From Verrucomicrobiota bacterium (lineage in GTDB: Bacteria > Verrucomicrobiota > Kiritimatiellia > UBA8416 > JABMPJ01): a DNA stretch of 64,000 bases. Below are positions 37,508 to 47,348 of this stretch, piece after piece. The notes beneath the pieces are model-generated. The model was not told the DNA's origin. It was given only the letters and a program-made list of their open reading frames with translations, and ran no database searches. The stretch lies in assembly GCA_018648805.1 (NCBI GenBank), contig JABGQM010000005.1:49433-113432 (forward strand), read 5' to 3'. How positions within the stretch are numbered: position 1 is the first letter of the stretch; each line of letters starts with the position of its first letter. The position numbers and the translations under genes are program-made.

Positions 37508-38302
37508 ATGATGGCGGTCAGGAATAGAACAATGCGCAACTGTATGATACTTGGAGCGGGACGCAGCGGTACCAGCTTGGCGGCGGGATGTCTCGCGTCG
37601 GCCGGTTATCACATGGGTGACGACCTGATTGAACCGTGTGAGACGAATCCGCAAGGGTTCTTTGAATGCCGGCGTATCAATGCTTTGAATGAGGATATCC
37701 TGCGTGCCGTGGATGCACGCGGCGCGCCCCGCTACCTGGGGCTATTCGGCCGTCAGCGGTTGCGGCACGACCAGTACTGGTTGGCCTGTCTCTCGCCGCG
37801 GACCACGTTTCGGCCTGACCCGGCCATCCGGGAGCGTATTCGAGACTGCTTGTCACGACGGCCTTACTGCTTCAAGGATCCCCGTTTCTGCTATACACTA
37901 CCCGTCTGGCAGCCCGAGCTAGGGCGTGCCGCCTTCCTGTGTGTCTTTCGCCATCCGGGCGCCACAGTGCGGAGTACGCTGCGGGAGTGCGAGCGGATGG
38001 ATTACCTGGGTGACGTGCACATGACCGAACGATGGGCCTGGCAGCTCTGGACCTGTATGTACCGTGCGGTCCTGGCCATGCCGGACCGCGACCGCACATG
38101 GCTGTTTGTGCACTACAACCAGATACTGGAGGGGGATGCCTTCTCGCGCGTGGCCGAGCACCTCGATGTGACGATTCAATCGGACTTCGTTAATCCCGCG
38201 TTGAGTCGCACCCCTACGATGCCCATCACCTCTTCCTCCGTGGCGCGGCTCTACGATGCACTGTGTGAACGGGCGGGCTATGACAGGAGTAGAGACAGAT
38301 GA
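37508..38302 (+). CDS. Sulfotransferase family protein (Sulfotransfer_3/Stf0-like), a third sequence family
   Basis: ILGAGRSGTSLAAGCL is a P-loop-like 5'-PSB motif. Size 264 aa. No similarity to the other sulfotransferase families at the motif level. Confidence 0.55.
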   Translation: MMAVRNRTMRNCMILGAGRSGTSLAAGCLASAGYHMGDDLIEPCETNPQGFFECRRINALNEDILRAVDARGAPRYLGLFGRQRLRHDQYWLACLSPRTTFRPDPAIRERIRDCLSRRPYCFKDPRFCYTLPVWQPELGRAAFLCVFRHPGATVRSTLRECERMDYLGDVHMTERWAWQLWTCMYRAVLAMPDRDRTWLFVHYNQILEGDAFSRVAEHLDVTIQSDFVNPALSRTPTMPITSSSVARLYDALCERAGYDRSRDR

Positions 38303-40770
38303 GTGAGACGGATCGAGTTGGGCCTGACCATGAGATGCCGGTCGTCTCTGTGGTGATTCCGTGTTTCAACGCGGCCGCAACCATCTTGGAAACGCTGGAA
38401 AGTGTGACGGCTCAAACGTATGCGTCGTGGGAGGCGGTCATCATCAATGACGGATCGACGGATGATACCACGGCTCTGGTTGAGGGGGTTCAGGCCGGTG
38501 ATGATCGCATTCACCTGATCAACGTGCCTCTGAATGAGGGGTTGTCCTCCGCCCGCAACAGGGCGATTCGTGCGGCGCGAGGGGCGTTCATCAAGTTCCT
38601 GGATGCCGATGACCGGTTGACCCCCGATGCGCTGGGCCTGATGGTCGACCGGGCTCGTGAGCGTCCGGAATGTGCGGGTGTCTATGCGTCCTGGATACAC
38701 TGCTATCCGGACGGACGGCAACGCGCGTGGCCCGTGGCACAGGAGCACGCACTCTCCTTTGAGACGCTGGTGAGTGGCAATCGACTCCATATTCAGGCCG
38801 TCATGCTCCGCAAGACGGTGATTGAGGAGGCCGGCCTGTTCTTTGATGAGGGCTTTGTGGACTATGCACAGGGCGCGGAAGACTGGGATGTGTGGATTCG
38901 TCTCTACCGCTGTGGCTATCGGTTGGCTCGTCTGAATACACCCGTGGCACTCTACCGTGAACGGGCAGACAGCATGAGTCACGATCATCTGTCGCAGTGG
39001 CGCTCGGGGTGTCACACCCTTGATCTTGCCTTTGTGCCTGATGCACGTTGTCCGAAGGCACTGCCCGAGTTCGCGGAGGGGCCTCCGTCGGTGACGAAGA
39101 CGCAGTCGCAGCTGGCATGGAACACTGAACATCTCAAGGGCTGCATCCTCGAGGGGGACGTTGGCGCTGTCGAGGGGCTGATTGAGGCTATCCGTGTGAA
39201 GGCGTTGCCCTTCCCCAGTTCGGTTGAATTGGCGCATGCCATGGTGTTTGCGCTGAAAAGTGAGCCCGAGGGTTTCGCTCGGCTGACAGCAGACTGGCCC
39301 AACCGTTATCGGTGCCTGCTCTGCGCCTTGCGCGCCATCCGCCGCGCCACGATGTCGCCCTTCTATGTGGCCGAGTTCATGGCGGCATGGTTGGCCTGTG
39401 TGCCGCACGACATTGATCCGCGGCCGATGCTCGCCGCCGCCCTCCGCCATGGGGGAGTGTCCTGGCTGCAATACCTTAGGCGCCGAAGCCACTGGCGTGA
39501 GCTGGAACGTAACCTGTGCCGTGAACGTCCGTCCGAACGCCGTGTGGCCATCGTGTGCGACTGGGTACCCTACCCGGTGCGGTCGGGGGATAACAAGCGT
39601 ACCGCCGAGATGATCGACGTGCTGCGGCAGAAGGGGTGGTGTGTCCATCTCGTGCTGACCCGCCCCCTGACCCGCAAGAGCCAGAAACGGCTCTGCCTGA
39701 CACATGCCGATGCCTTGCATGTCTTCTTTGGCGGCAACCTGCTCGGTCACGCCTTTCGGTTTGCCGTACGCAAGGTCGATGGCCTGCTCTTTCATCTCAA
39801 ATTGCCGCCGCTGCGCGACACGGTCAGCCGGTTGCTTGGTCGCCAACGCCACCTCGCGGTCGCCCTGTTCAGCCAGATGCCGACCTACCAGTCCGGGTTC
39901 AAGGAATACCTGGCCAAACTGGCGATCCGTCACGAATGGAATGCGGTCGTCATCAACTACCAGTGGCTCTACCCCTCAATCGAAGCGCTGCCCCCATCCG
40001 TTGTAACCCTCCTCGATACGATCGACCTCCAGCATAAGCGTGTCGAACAGTTCGAATCGCGCGACCTGAACGGCGTGCACGCCATCACACGCGCGGAAGA
40101 AGCGGAAACCATGCGTGGGTTCGATGCCATCCTTGCCATCCAGGAAGAGGAGGCCGGCGAAATACGTCAGATGTGTCCCGGACACGCCGTGATCACCGTC
40201 GGAACCAGCTCCCCGCCGCCGCCGCCACGGGATGTGCCCCTGCGCCCCTATTCACTGTTTTACGTGGGCGGTGCCAATGCGGCCAATATCGATGGCCTGC
40301 GGCACTTCCTGGATCGTTGCTGGCCCCGCATCTGTGCGGCCCGGCCGGATGCCGAGCTGCGCGTCTGTGGGCATGTCTACCAGGCGTTTCTTGGAGAATC
40401 ACGCGATAGGGTCACGTTCCTGGGCCATGTCGATGATGTCGAGCTGGAGTACGCACAGGCGGCTGTGGTGATCAATCCGATCTGGGTCGGCACCGGCCTG
40501 AAGATCAAGACCGTCGAAGCCCTGGCGCGCGCCAAACCGCTGGTCACGACCCAAAAGGGGATTGAGGGGATGTCCGGCAATCCCGACGCGGCATGCCGGG
40601 TTGTCGATGGGGATGAGGCCTTTGTTGATGCCGTCGTGCAACTTGTCGCGACCCCGTCAGCGTGTCGTGACCTGGCCCGGGAAGCGGCGACCTACCGTGA
40701 TCAGTTCTTGTCACCCGATGTGGTATACCGCGAGCTATTCGCCTTTCTTGATGAAAATTCTAGTCGATAA
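38299..40770 (+). CDS. Bifunctional glycosyltransferase: N-terminal GT2 domain plus C-terminal GT4 (group 1) domain (WbdA-like multidomain polymerising GT)
   Basis: GT2 segment VVSVVIPCFNAAATILETLESVTAQTY...IINDGSTDDT...FLDADD. C-terminal GT4-like segment SLFYVGGANAANIDGL...VINPIWVGTGLKIKTVEALARAKPLVTT. Confidence 0.65.
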   Translation: MSETDRVGPDHEMPVVSVVIPCFNAAATILETLESVTAQTYASWEAVIINDGSTDDTTALVEGVQAGDDRIHLINVPLNEGLSSARNRAIRAARGAFIKFLDADDRLTPDALGLMVDRARERPECAGVYASWIHCYPDGRQRAWPVAQEHALSFETLVSGNRLHIQAVMLRKTVIEEAGLFFDEGFVDYAQGAEDWDVWIRLYRCGYRLARLNTPVALYRERADSMSHDHLSQWRSGCHTLDLAFVPDARCPKALPEFAEGPPSVTKTQSQLAWNTEHLKGCILEGDVGAVEGLIEAIRVKALPFPSSVELAHAMVFALKSEPEGFARLTADWPNRYRCLLCALRAIRRATMSPFYVAEFMAAWLACVPHDIDPRPMLAAALRHGGVSWLQYLRRRSHWRELERNLCRERPSERRVAIVCDWVPYPVRSGDNKRTAEMIDVLRQKGWCVHLVLTRPLTRKSQKRLCLTHADALHVFFGGNLLGHAFRFAVRKVDGLLFHLKLPPLRDTVSRLLGRQRHLAVALFSQMPTYQSGFKEYLAKLAIRHEWNAVVINYQWLYPSIEALPPSVVTLLDTIDLQHKRVEQFESRDLNGVHAITRAEEAETMRGFDAILAIQEEEAGEIRQMCPGHAVITVGTSSPPPPPRDVPLRPYSLFYVGGANAANIDGLRHFLDRCWPRICAARPDAELRVCGHVYQAFLGESRDRVTFLGHVDDVELEYAQAAVVINPIWVGTGLKIKTVEALARAKPLVTTQKGIEGMSGNPDAACRVVDGDEAFVDAVVQLVATPSACRDLAREAATYRDQFLSPDVVYRELFAFLDENSSR

Positions 40771-41953
40771 TGGAAACTATCAGCTCGTGAATCTTGGCGA
40801 TATCGCCATGATGGATGTGTTTGTGCAGCGGATCATGGCGATGTTCGGCAATCCCGAGATCATGCTGGTCACGCGCAACCCGGATGCGGCAGCACGTCAG
40901 TTTCCAGGTATAACGCCGGTCGATCCCCATCTCCTGGTGCCTTCTGCCCGGCCCCTGAACCGGTTGGCTCGGTGGCGCCGGAAGGCGGGAGTACGGGTAG
41001 GGGTACCGCGGCCAGCGCCAACGGAAATCCCACTCATTGATGGCGTGGATGCTGTGCTGTTTTCCGGGTGTGGGTTTCTCAATGATCATTTTTCTTTCGG
41101 GGCGGCCATGCGCCTGCGTCGTTTGTTGTACGCCGCGAAGCGGGGCAAGGTTGTGGCCCTGTTTGGACAGGGGGTAGGGCCGGTCAGTGCACCGGCCCTC
41201 AGGCAGGCCATGGCTGCAACATTGCCGCTGGCTGATCTCATCGGCGTCAGGGAGCGGGTGGAAGCGCCGCGTATTCTGCGTGAGGTAGGTGTCGCGCAAG
41301 AGAGGATTGCCGTGGTCGGAGATGATGCCACGGAGCTTGCCTTCAGGCGATGTCGCGAGCACCCGGCAGCGCTCCGTATCGGCGTCGGTGTACGGGCGGC
41401 ACCCTACGCTGGAATCGGTAAGGCCGAAGCGCATCTGCTTGCGGACTCACTCGCGCGGGTGCTGGGCGAGCATGGCGCGCAAGCGGTGCCTATTCCGATC
41501 ACCTTCCAATCAGAATTCTCGGATCGCACGACGCTGCAGCGCCTGCTGGCATGCAGCGTCCCTGGCATGGGGGACATGACCGTGGATCGGATCATTGACG
41601 ACGTCGGTAGCTGTGGTGTTGTGGTCTCCGGCACGTACCATGCTGCCGTTTTTGCCCTGGCCCAGGGCATACCGGTGGTCGGAATCTATGCCAACGACTA
41701 TTACCGGACCAAGTTGCACGGCCTGTTCGATATGTATGGGTGGTCGGAGGAAAACCTGCTGCACGTTCAGCAGGCCGACTTCTCCGGCTTGCTGGCCACG
41801 CGTGTTCGCGATCTGCTGATCCACAAAGACCGCTTCACGACGCCCCTGCGCGATGCCGCCCGGCACCAGATCCACGCCTCGCGGGATAGCTACAGTCGCT
41901 TGGCCGTCTTGTTGGGGGGCGCGCCTCTGCCTCCGTTCCGCAAGGCCGTGTAA
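40751..41953 (+). CDS. Polysaccharide pyruvyl transferase family protein (second copy)
   Basis: ATG at 40751, in frame with the track ORF 40562 and overlapping the upstream gene by 20 nt. N-terminus MKILVDNGNYQLVNLGDIAMM is a typical family start. Confidence 0.6.
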   Translation: MKILVDNGNYQLVNLGDIAMMDVFVQRIMAMFGNPEIMLVTRNPDAAARQFPGITPVDPHLLVPSARPLNRLARWRRKAGVRVGVPRPAPTEIPLIDGVDAVLFSGCGFLNDHFSFGAAMRLRRLLYAAKRGKVVALFGQGVGPVSAPALRQAMAATLPLADLIGVRERVEAPRILREVGVAQERIAVVGDDATELAFRRCREHPAALRIGVGVRAAPYAGIGKAEAHLLADSLARVLGEHGAQAVPIPITFQSEFSDRTTLQRLLACSVPGMGDMTVDRIIDDVGSCGVVVSGTYHAAVFALAQGIPVVGIYANDYYRTKLHGLFDMYGWSEENLLHVQQADFSGLLATRVRDLLIHKDRFTTPLRDAARHQIHASRDSYSRLAVLLGGAPLPPFRKAV

Positions 41954-41957
41954 TGGT

Positions 41958-42932
41958 TTACGGTTTGCCGGGCCTACCCGCGGCGGCTATGCGGCCGAGC
42001 ATGGCACGCAGTCGTTGCGGGAAGCCGCGGCCGGGGGGCGACGGGTGCCTGGGCTGTGATGTGCCATCGTCCAGACTCTCCTCGGCCATGCCGACCAGGA
42101 CCGCCATGGCATCCTGGGTCTCGCGGCTGACCTCCTTGCCTCGCAGCCACGCCATGTAGTCGTCGTGTTGCGTGAAGAGCAGGCGCGTGGCCATATCGAT
42201 CACCGCGCGGTTGCGGCGCAGGACCTCCTTCGATATTGTTTGTCCCCAAAATGCGACGCGTGGGCGGGACCCGGCACCATGATGATAGACCAGGTCACCA
42301 TAGATCCCTCCGAGCAGGGGGTGGTAATTGCGTTGGTTGCTGCGCCTGAGCTTGAAGATTGTCTCGCCGTGCTCCTGTGCGGTTCTCGTAAAGAGGGAAA
42401 GCGTGTCAGAGCGCTGCCCATCCTTCATTCCGGGGATGACATCGAGCCGGAGGTTGTAGCCTTCGATGAAATCTGCACGAGCAGCCAGGCAGCTGGCGTG
42501 GAGATAGGGGGCGATGGCCGGCGCCAACTCGTCACGCCACACACCGGCCAGCGCGGCGCCATCATCCAGGGCCGCTGTGAGACGGGGCAGCCAGTCGTGA
42601 TGCACCGGATGCGCGTCGCTGTCCATCACCACAATGGACTGAATGCCATCCGCGCGCGCCATTTCGTAGAGCGTGTGAAGTGGCGTGGCGTGACAGTGCG
42701 CCAGCTCAGCGTTGGCGGGACACTGTGTCAGCGTCACAGTGTCGAGGGGAGCCAGCAGTGCCTTAACCGTGTGGTCGCGCGTGCTGTTGTTCCAGACGTA
42801 GAGATGGTAGCTCCCCGCCACGGTGTGACGGATAATGTTGTTGATGCAAAGCGGAAGCCAGCGTCCCTGCTGTGGATCACGCCCGCCATTGACAATCAGT
42901 ATTCCGGTTGTTTGGGATATCTGACGATTCAT
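41958..42932 (-). CDS. Hypothetical protein, possible nucleotide-sugar-dependent glycosyltransferase
   Basis: ILIVNGGRD...VVMDSDAHP contains a DxD-like motif. The minus-strand ORF is more protein-like than the overlapping plus-strand ORF 42165..42935. Confidence 0.35.
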   Translation of the reverse strand: MNRQISQTTGILIVNGGRDPQQGRWLPLCINNIIRHTVAGSYHLYVWNNSTRDHTVKALLAPLDTVTLTQCPANAELAHCHATPLHTLYEMARADGIQSIVVMDSDAHPVHHDWLPRLTAALDDGAALAGVWRDELAPAIAPYLHASCLAARADFIEGYNLRLDVIPGMKDGQRSDTLSLFTRTAQEHGETIFKLRRSNQRNYHPLLGGIYGDLVYHHGAGSRPRVAFWGQTISKEVLRRNRAVIDMATRLLFTQHDDYMAWLRGKEVSRETQDAMAVLVGMAEESLDDGTSQPRHPSPPGRGFPQRLRAMLGRIAAAGRPGKP

Positions 42933-43690
42933 TAAAGCTTCGCTCCACTATTCGTGCCTTCGACGGGCGGATCCACCACGCTCTCTTCGACTGTGGGGCC
43001 GTCGCCCATCGTCTCCTCAATCTGCTTGCCCTTGGGCGGCAGCACTCCCTCTGAGACCAGTTGGTCATCCATGGCCGGTGTCAGGGGGATCGGAAGGGGA
43101 GCCTCCCCGCGGCGCAGCCGTTCCATCTGTGTTTCGCGCCGCTTGTCCTCGCTACTCTTGGCCGCTTCCTGTCTGGCTTCCATGGCGTCGCGCTTACGCT
43201 GTACCGCCTCGCGCCGCTGGCGCAGCCGCTGGGCAAACGAAAGGGCCAGGGGGGACTTATCCTTGTCGGGGGCCATCGGGTCCAGAACCGAATCTTCGGG
43301 GCCCATCGACAGCCACTGTGTGTGGACGCCCTTGCGTATCAAGGCGCGGGCCTGCGCATAGTCGGCCTCCAGCAACTCGATGCCGTTTTCGCTTTCTCCC
43401 AAGCCGATGAGATACGATGTCGGGGGTTTGGTCTGGTTATCTACCAGGCCGACACAGAGCTTCTCCCCATCCGACGTGATGGCACACATACGATAGTGCT
43501 TGAAGGCCTCGCGTGCCGCAACGTCCTCGTCCGCTGGTTGGGGCGCCACCTCCCTGACGACGGCAGCGAAGGGCCGCCGCTGCAGAATGACGTCATAGCG
43601 TTCGAACGGGAGAGGCCGTCGCGAGTTGTTGCCCGCCGCGGTGGCGGCAAGAACCAGCCACAAAATACACGATGTACTTCTCGTTCTCAT
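42932..43690 (-). CDS. Secreted hypothetical protein with a charged, coiled-coil-like C-terminal half
   Basis: Start chosen at MRTRSTSCILWLVLAATAAG (signal peptide). C-terminal region is rich in R/E/Q (RQRREAVQRKRDAMEARQEAAK). Confidence 0.4.
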   Translation of the reverse strand: MRTRSTSCILWLVLAATAAGNNSRRPLPFERYDVILQRRPFAAVVREVAPQPADEDVAAREAFKHYRMCAITSDGEKLCVGLVDNQTKPPTSYLIGLGESENGIELLEADYAQARALIRKGVHTQWLSMGPEDSVLDPMAPDKDKSPLALSFAQRLRQRREAVQRKRDAMEARQEAAKSSEDKRRETQMERLRRGEAPLPIPLTPAMDDQLVSEGVLPPKGKQIEETMGDGPTVEESVVDPPVEGTNSGAKL

Positions 43691-43845
43691 CTCTTGCATT
43701 ATGGGCCAATCCGGCAGCCCCATCAAGGTGTCGTTGTGCCCGTTGTATATCTTGGGCTGGCAATCCCTCGCCTCTCGGGTGATACTTCGCCCGTATTGAA
43801 GTGGGAGTCTGTTGTTGAATCCGTGTGCAGAGCGTATATGAGTAG

Positions 43846-45294
43846 GTGTGTCTCTTGGTCTTCAGTTCACTAGTCTTTCTTCTTCTGTTCCTCCCCGCCT
43901 TCCTTTTGCTGTACTATGCCTGTCCCTCCCGCTGGCGCAATATGGTGGCCCTTGCCGGAAGCATGGTGTTCTATGCTTGGGGCGCCCCTCGCTTCATTCT
44001 TGTGCTGTTGGGGTCCTGTCTACTGGACTATCTCTGTGCACGGAAAATAGAGAGTGCGCCCCACCGCACACGCCGCCTGATTATCCTGGCGGTGGTGTTC
44101 AACGTTCTGGTCCTGGTATTCTTTAAATATGCCAACTTCTTTGTGGCTCAGCTCGACTCCCTGCTTGGCGCCGCGGCGCATGGCGGGGCGATTCCCTGGA
44201 AGCCGATCGCGCTGCCCATCGGAATCTCGTTTTTCACGTTTCAGAAGATTAGTTATCTGATTGACGTCTACAGAGGGCGCGTCGAACCGGCCCGGTCCTA
44301 CCGTGACTACGTGCTGTATGTGAGCCTCTTCCCGCAACTCATTGCCGGTCCCATCGTGCGCTATCACGACGTGGCGGATCAGATCCGGTCGCGGATCTGT
44401 TCATCCGCCATGATTTCGGACGGGTTTCGTCGCTTTACTATCGGGCTGGCTAAGAAGGTCCTGATCGCCAACCATGTCGGCGAAGTGGCCGATACCATGT
44501 TTAACGGGCCTCCTCTCCAGATGTCATGTGTGCAGGCCTGGGTGGGGCTGCTCTGCTACAGCTTTCAGATATACTTCGATTTCTCGGGATATTCGGATAT
44601 GGCTATCGGCTTGGGGCGCTTGCTGGGCTTCAAGTTTCTCGAGAATTTCAACCGTCCCTATATGGCCGCGAGTTTCACTGACTTCTGGCGCCGCTGGCAC
44701 ATCTCGTTGTCAAACTGGATGCGGGAGTATCTTTATATCCCGCTTGGGGGCAATCGCGTGTCGCACCTGCTCCAAGTCAGGAACCTTTGGATCGTGTTTC
44801 TGGTCTCAGGATTCTGGCATGGCGCCAGTTGGAACTTTATTGCATGGGGGGCGTATCACGGGTTCTTCCTCTCACTCGAGCGGATAACGTTTGTGCGTCG
44901 AGTCCATGACGCCCTGCCGCGCTTGGTACGCACGTTGGGCACTTTTGTCCTGGTCTCGATCGGCTGGTGTTTCTTCCGTGCCGAGGACCTCTCCGGGGCG
45001 TGGGCCTTCCTCATGCGGCTTTTTGCTTGCGGCAATACGGGGCAGGGCTTGTATCCCACTCGTCTGCTCTACTATATTGTCTCGCCACGTATTGCGGTGG
45101 CATTCGTGGCCGCCTGCCTGCTCAGTTTCTGGCCCGCTCGCGCGACAAAGCTTGACCTGGAGTGCTCCGGGGGTGCCCAGTGGGGCCTCGCTAGGCTTGT
45201 CGGCGCCAACCTGTTTACGATCGTGCTTCTGGCTTTCTCGCTAGGGGCTTTGGCTACCCAGGCGTTTAACCCGTTTATATACTTCAGGTTTTAG
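43846..45294 (+). CDS. MBOAT family membrane-bound O-acyltransferase (AlgI/DltB-like), copy 1
   Basis: FFTFQKISYLIDVYRG, YFDFSGYSDMAIGLGRLLGF, and FWRRWHISLSNWMREYLYIPLGGNR with the conserved His. The start may be the TTG/GTG a few codons in (MVFSSLVFLL). Confidence 0.75.
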   Translation: MCLLVFSSLVFLLLFLPAFLLLYYACPSRWRNMVALAGSMVFYAWGAPRFILVLLGSCLLDYLCARKIESAPHRTRRLIILAVVFNVLVLVFFKYANFFVAQLDSLLGAAAHGGAIPWKPIALPIGISFFTFQKISYLIDVYRGRVEPARSYRDYVLYVSLFPQLIAGPIVRYHDVADQIRSRICSSAMISDGFRRFTIGLAKKVLIANHVGEVADTMFNGPPLQMSCVQAWVGLLCYSFQIYFDFSGYSDMAIGLGRLLGFKFLENFNRPYMAASFTDFWRRWHISLSNWMREYLYIPLGGNRVSHLLQVRNLWIVFLVSGFWHGASWNFIAWGAYHGFFLSLERITFVRRVHDALPRLVRTLGTFVLVSIGWCFFRAEDLSGAWAFLMRLFACGNTGQGLYPTRLLYYIVSPRIAVAFVAACLLSFWPARATKLDLECSGGAQWGLARLVGANLFTIVLLAFSLGALATQAFNPFIYFRF

Positions 45295-45414
45295 ATGAGA
45301 CGCATGCTGCAACTTCTACCCCTGATGCTCTACATGGCTGTTGCCGGAACGATCGCGTTGCAGGGAAATCATGCGTTCGTGGCCCGACAACGTCTGTATG
45401 GAGAGCCTAATTAG
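45295..45414 (+). pseudogene. 5' fragment (39 codons) of an AlgJ/AlgX/DltD-like partner gene, cut by an IS insertion
   Basis: Starts directly after the MBOAT stop, the same arrangement as copy 2 at 50775. MRRMLQLLPLMLYMAVAGTIALQGNHAFVARQRLYGEP is homologous to the copy-2 N-terminus MRRFLQLGPIMVYAAVVASVAIQQYTRRVELHPLDGEP. The frame then runs into the IS and stops. Confidence 0.7.
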
Positions 45415-47299
45415 AGCCCATCTGAAAAGGGTTTCGGACCGGGGTTCTGAGTTCAAAGTTCACGGTTCAAGGTTGCCTCCGGGCGTGACAAGCACCCCCC
45501 TTGAGCATTTTTCGGATGCCGTGCCTCAATGACGCGTGATTTCACCATTTTTTGAGACAGCTCGTCCATGCTGTTCCCTCCACTCCGTACGAATCGGCCA
45601 TTCAGGCCGCTTTATCCAAAGCCTCCCGTCGTCGCTTCCTCATCAGGATGATGCGGCAGCAGTTGTAGGCCAGCACCTTTTCCATCAACTCCGACCGAAC
45701 CGCCTCTATACCCCGGCGACCCAATTCGCCGAATTCAAAGCCGTCCTTTATCGTGAACATCAGAGACTCGACCGCCGAGCGGTCCCGCCGAGCTCCGCGA
45801 TATGTCTCGCTTTCCCACTCATTGAGGCCGGTCAACTTCTTGCCTTTGGCCCCGCTGATGCTGATATCCTCTACGCCCATGTCCAGCACTTCATCGCGCC
45901 CCTTTGCTGAAGCATATCCATCGTCAGTACTGACCAGTGCGGCCGTCACTCCCGTGCGCTTGATGGACTCACGGATTGCCGGCACCAGTTCAATAGAGTC
46001 AGCCGCGTTCCCCTCCGGAACGATCAGGCTGGTGACAAAACCGTTTGCGCTACGAACCAGTTGTGGCCTATATCCGATAACCGGCAAGCGGCTGCCCTTC
46101 TTGATATAGGCAGCCGATCCGTCCGACAGGCTCAGGACCTTCTCCGTCGAGGGAAGCTTCTTGTCGTGAAACACTCGGTCATTGGCGTAGTCGATAACTC
46201 TGTTTCCATCGGCGAGGTCAGCTTTGACCTGATCCAACACTCGCTGTAGAAGCACGCGGCGACTGGGCGGGAGCGTCTCTATCAACAGTTCCTGCTCAAG
46301 GCGGTTGAGTTCCGTTGTCAACGCGTTCGCCGCCTTGCGTCCAAGTCTGAGCAATCCCCGATAACGTTTCTTCAATTTGACGATGGAATTCGCCTTGCCC
46401 GCTACCAGGCAAATCTGAAACACCAGCTTGTCCATCTCTTCGAGCCAGCGAGCAACCCAGCCTTGCCGAAAATTCTCGAACCCGAATACATTCAGTTTCT
46501 GCCCCAGACGATTCGCCCGCATCAGCAGCCCCGTAAGGATCTTCGCATCGGTGGGCCAACTGCTGTTGGCCTTCACCGAGGTACTGTCGATCGTCAGTTT
46601 CAAGAAGTCATCCAGATCTTCTTTGAGAACAAACTTGATCTGTTCATCGAATATCACGTTCAACGTCTTGGCGCTCACCAGATTTATGTTTTCCAGAATC
46701 GTGGTTACGCCCGGCATCGTCAGATCACGGTTATCAAGATAAGCGTATAAGCTCATCGACTCGCGCAGAAAGCGCCTCGATGTCTTTGACGCCAACGAGC
46801 CACCCAGAAATCCGCGGATCATCACAAACAGATAAACCAGCTCCGCCGACATACGTGGCCGCCCCGTGCCTAGCTCCAATTGATCAGCCAGGAGCTCCGC
46901 GTCCGCCACATGAAGGTCGGGTAGATCCAATGTCGTGATCTCAAAGAACTTCCGATCCTCGATTCGAAGCTTCTTCTTGGCGCGTGCATTGGCATCCAGG
47001 TCTTTCTCGATTTCCTCAATGATTTTCGGTGCGAATCGGGACAACGCGTCCACTTCGTCGAGATAATCACGAAAGTCGGTGTCTGGAACCGGCAAAATCA
47101 GGTTGTAGATAGGGGCGGCTTCTGCTAGCTTCTGCTGTGTCGCACATGTTGGCATGCTCAACTCCTTGAGTAGTGTTAAGTTGTTGAACACTAGCATGTT
47201 GCGACACATTCTTGCAAGCCTGAAATCGGATATTGTCAACTTTTTCTTTGCGGTCCTTGCGTTCTTTCGCGGTGAATAAAGACCTTCTCAGATAACGTC
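45414..47299 (-). mobile_element. Insertion sequence (~1.89 kb, IS5/IS1182-superfamily-like) with a TAATTA target-site duplication and imperfect terminal inverted repeats
   Basis: Direct repeat ctaatta/taatta at 45407-45413 and 47299-47305. Left end gagcccatctgaaaagg versus right-end reverse complement gacgttatctgagaagg match at 12/17 positions. Interior GC is lower than the flanks. Removing the element plus one TSD copy restores the interrupted reading frame. Confidence 0.65.
45602..47239 (-). CDS. DDE transposase (IS1182/IS5-like)
   Basis: 545-aa ORF fills the IS. C-terminal RRDRSAVESLMFTIKDGFEFGELGRRGIEAVRSELMEKVLAYNCCRI resembles the conserved C-terminal block of IS5/IS1182-type DDE transposases. 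Confidence 0.6.
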   Translation of the reverse strand: MTISDFRLARMCRNMLVFNNLTLLKELSMPTCATQQKLAEAAPIYNLILPVPDTDFRDYLDEVDALSRFAPKIIEEIEKDLDANARAKKKLRIEDRKFFEITTLDLPDLHVADAELLADQLELGTGRPRMSAELVYLFVMIRGFLGGSLASKTSRRFLRESMSLYAYLDNRDLTMPGVTTILENINLVSAKTLNVIFDEQIKFVLKEDLDDFLKLTIDSTSVKANSSWPTDAKILTGLLMRANRLGQKLNVFGFENFRQGWVARWLEEMDKLVFQICLVAGKANSIVKLKKRYRGLLRLGRKAANALTTELNRLEQELLIETLPPSRRVLLQRVLDQVKADLADGNRVIDYANDRVFHDKKLPSTEKVLSLSDGSAAYIKKGSRLPVIGYRPQLVRSANGFVTSLIVPEGNAADSIELVPAIRESIKRTGVTAALVSTDDGYASAKGRDEVLDMGVEDISISGAKGKKLTGLNEWESETYRGARRDRSAVESLMFTIKDGFEFGELGRRGIEAVRSELMEKVLAYNCCRIILMRKRRREALDKAA

Positions 47300-47348
47300 T
47301 AATTATGCCAAGATCCCTCGCCCCACCGGCAGTGTCACACGGTGGTGG

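Noticed and set aside
38278-39933. 551-aa minus-strand ORF antisense to the GT2-GT4 gene
   Set aside because: The plus strand encodes a textbook GT2 N-terminal signature (VVSVVIPCFNAA...DGSTDDT). The minus-strand product is Arg/Gly/His-rich with no domain features.
42165-42935. 256-aa plus-strand ORF overlapping 41958..42932 on the opposite strand
   Set aside because: Its composition is less protein-like than the minus-strand ORF, which has hydrophobic cores, W/Y/F and a DSD motif. Only one can be real, so the minus strand was chosen, with low confidence.
45341-45532. 63-aa plus-strand ORF at the left end of the IS
   Set aside because: It spans the IS terminus and non-coding leader. Low GC, no RBS. 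It is accounted for by the IS left end and the truncated gene fragment.
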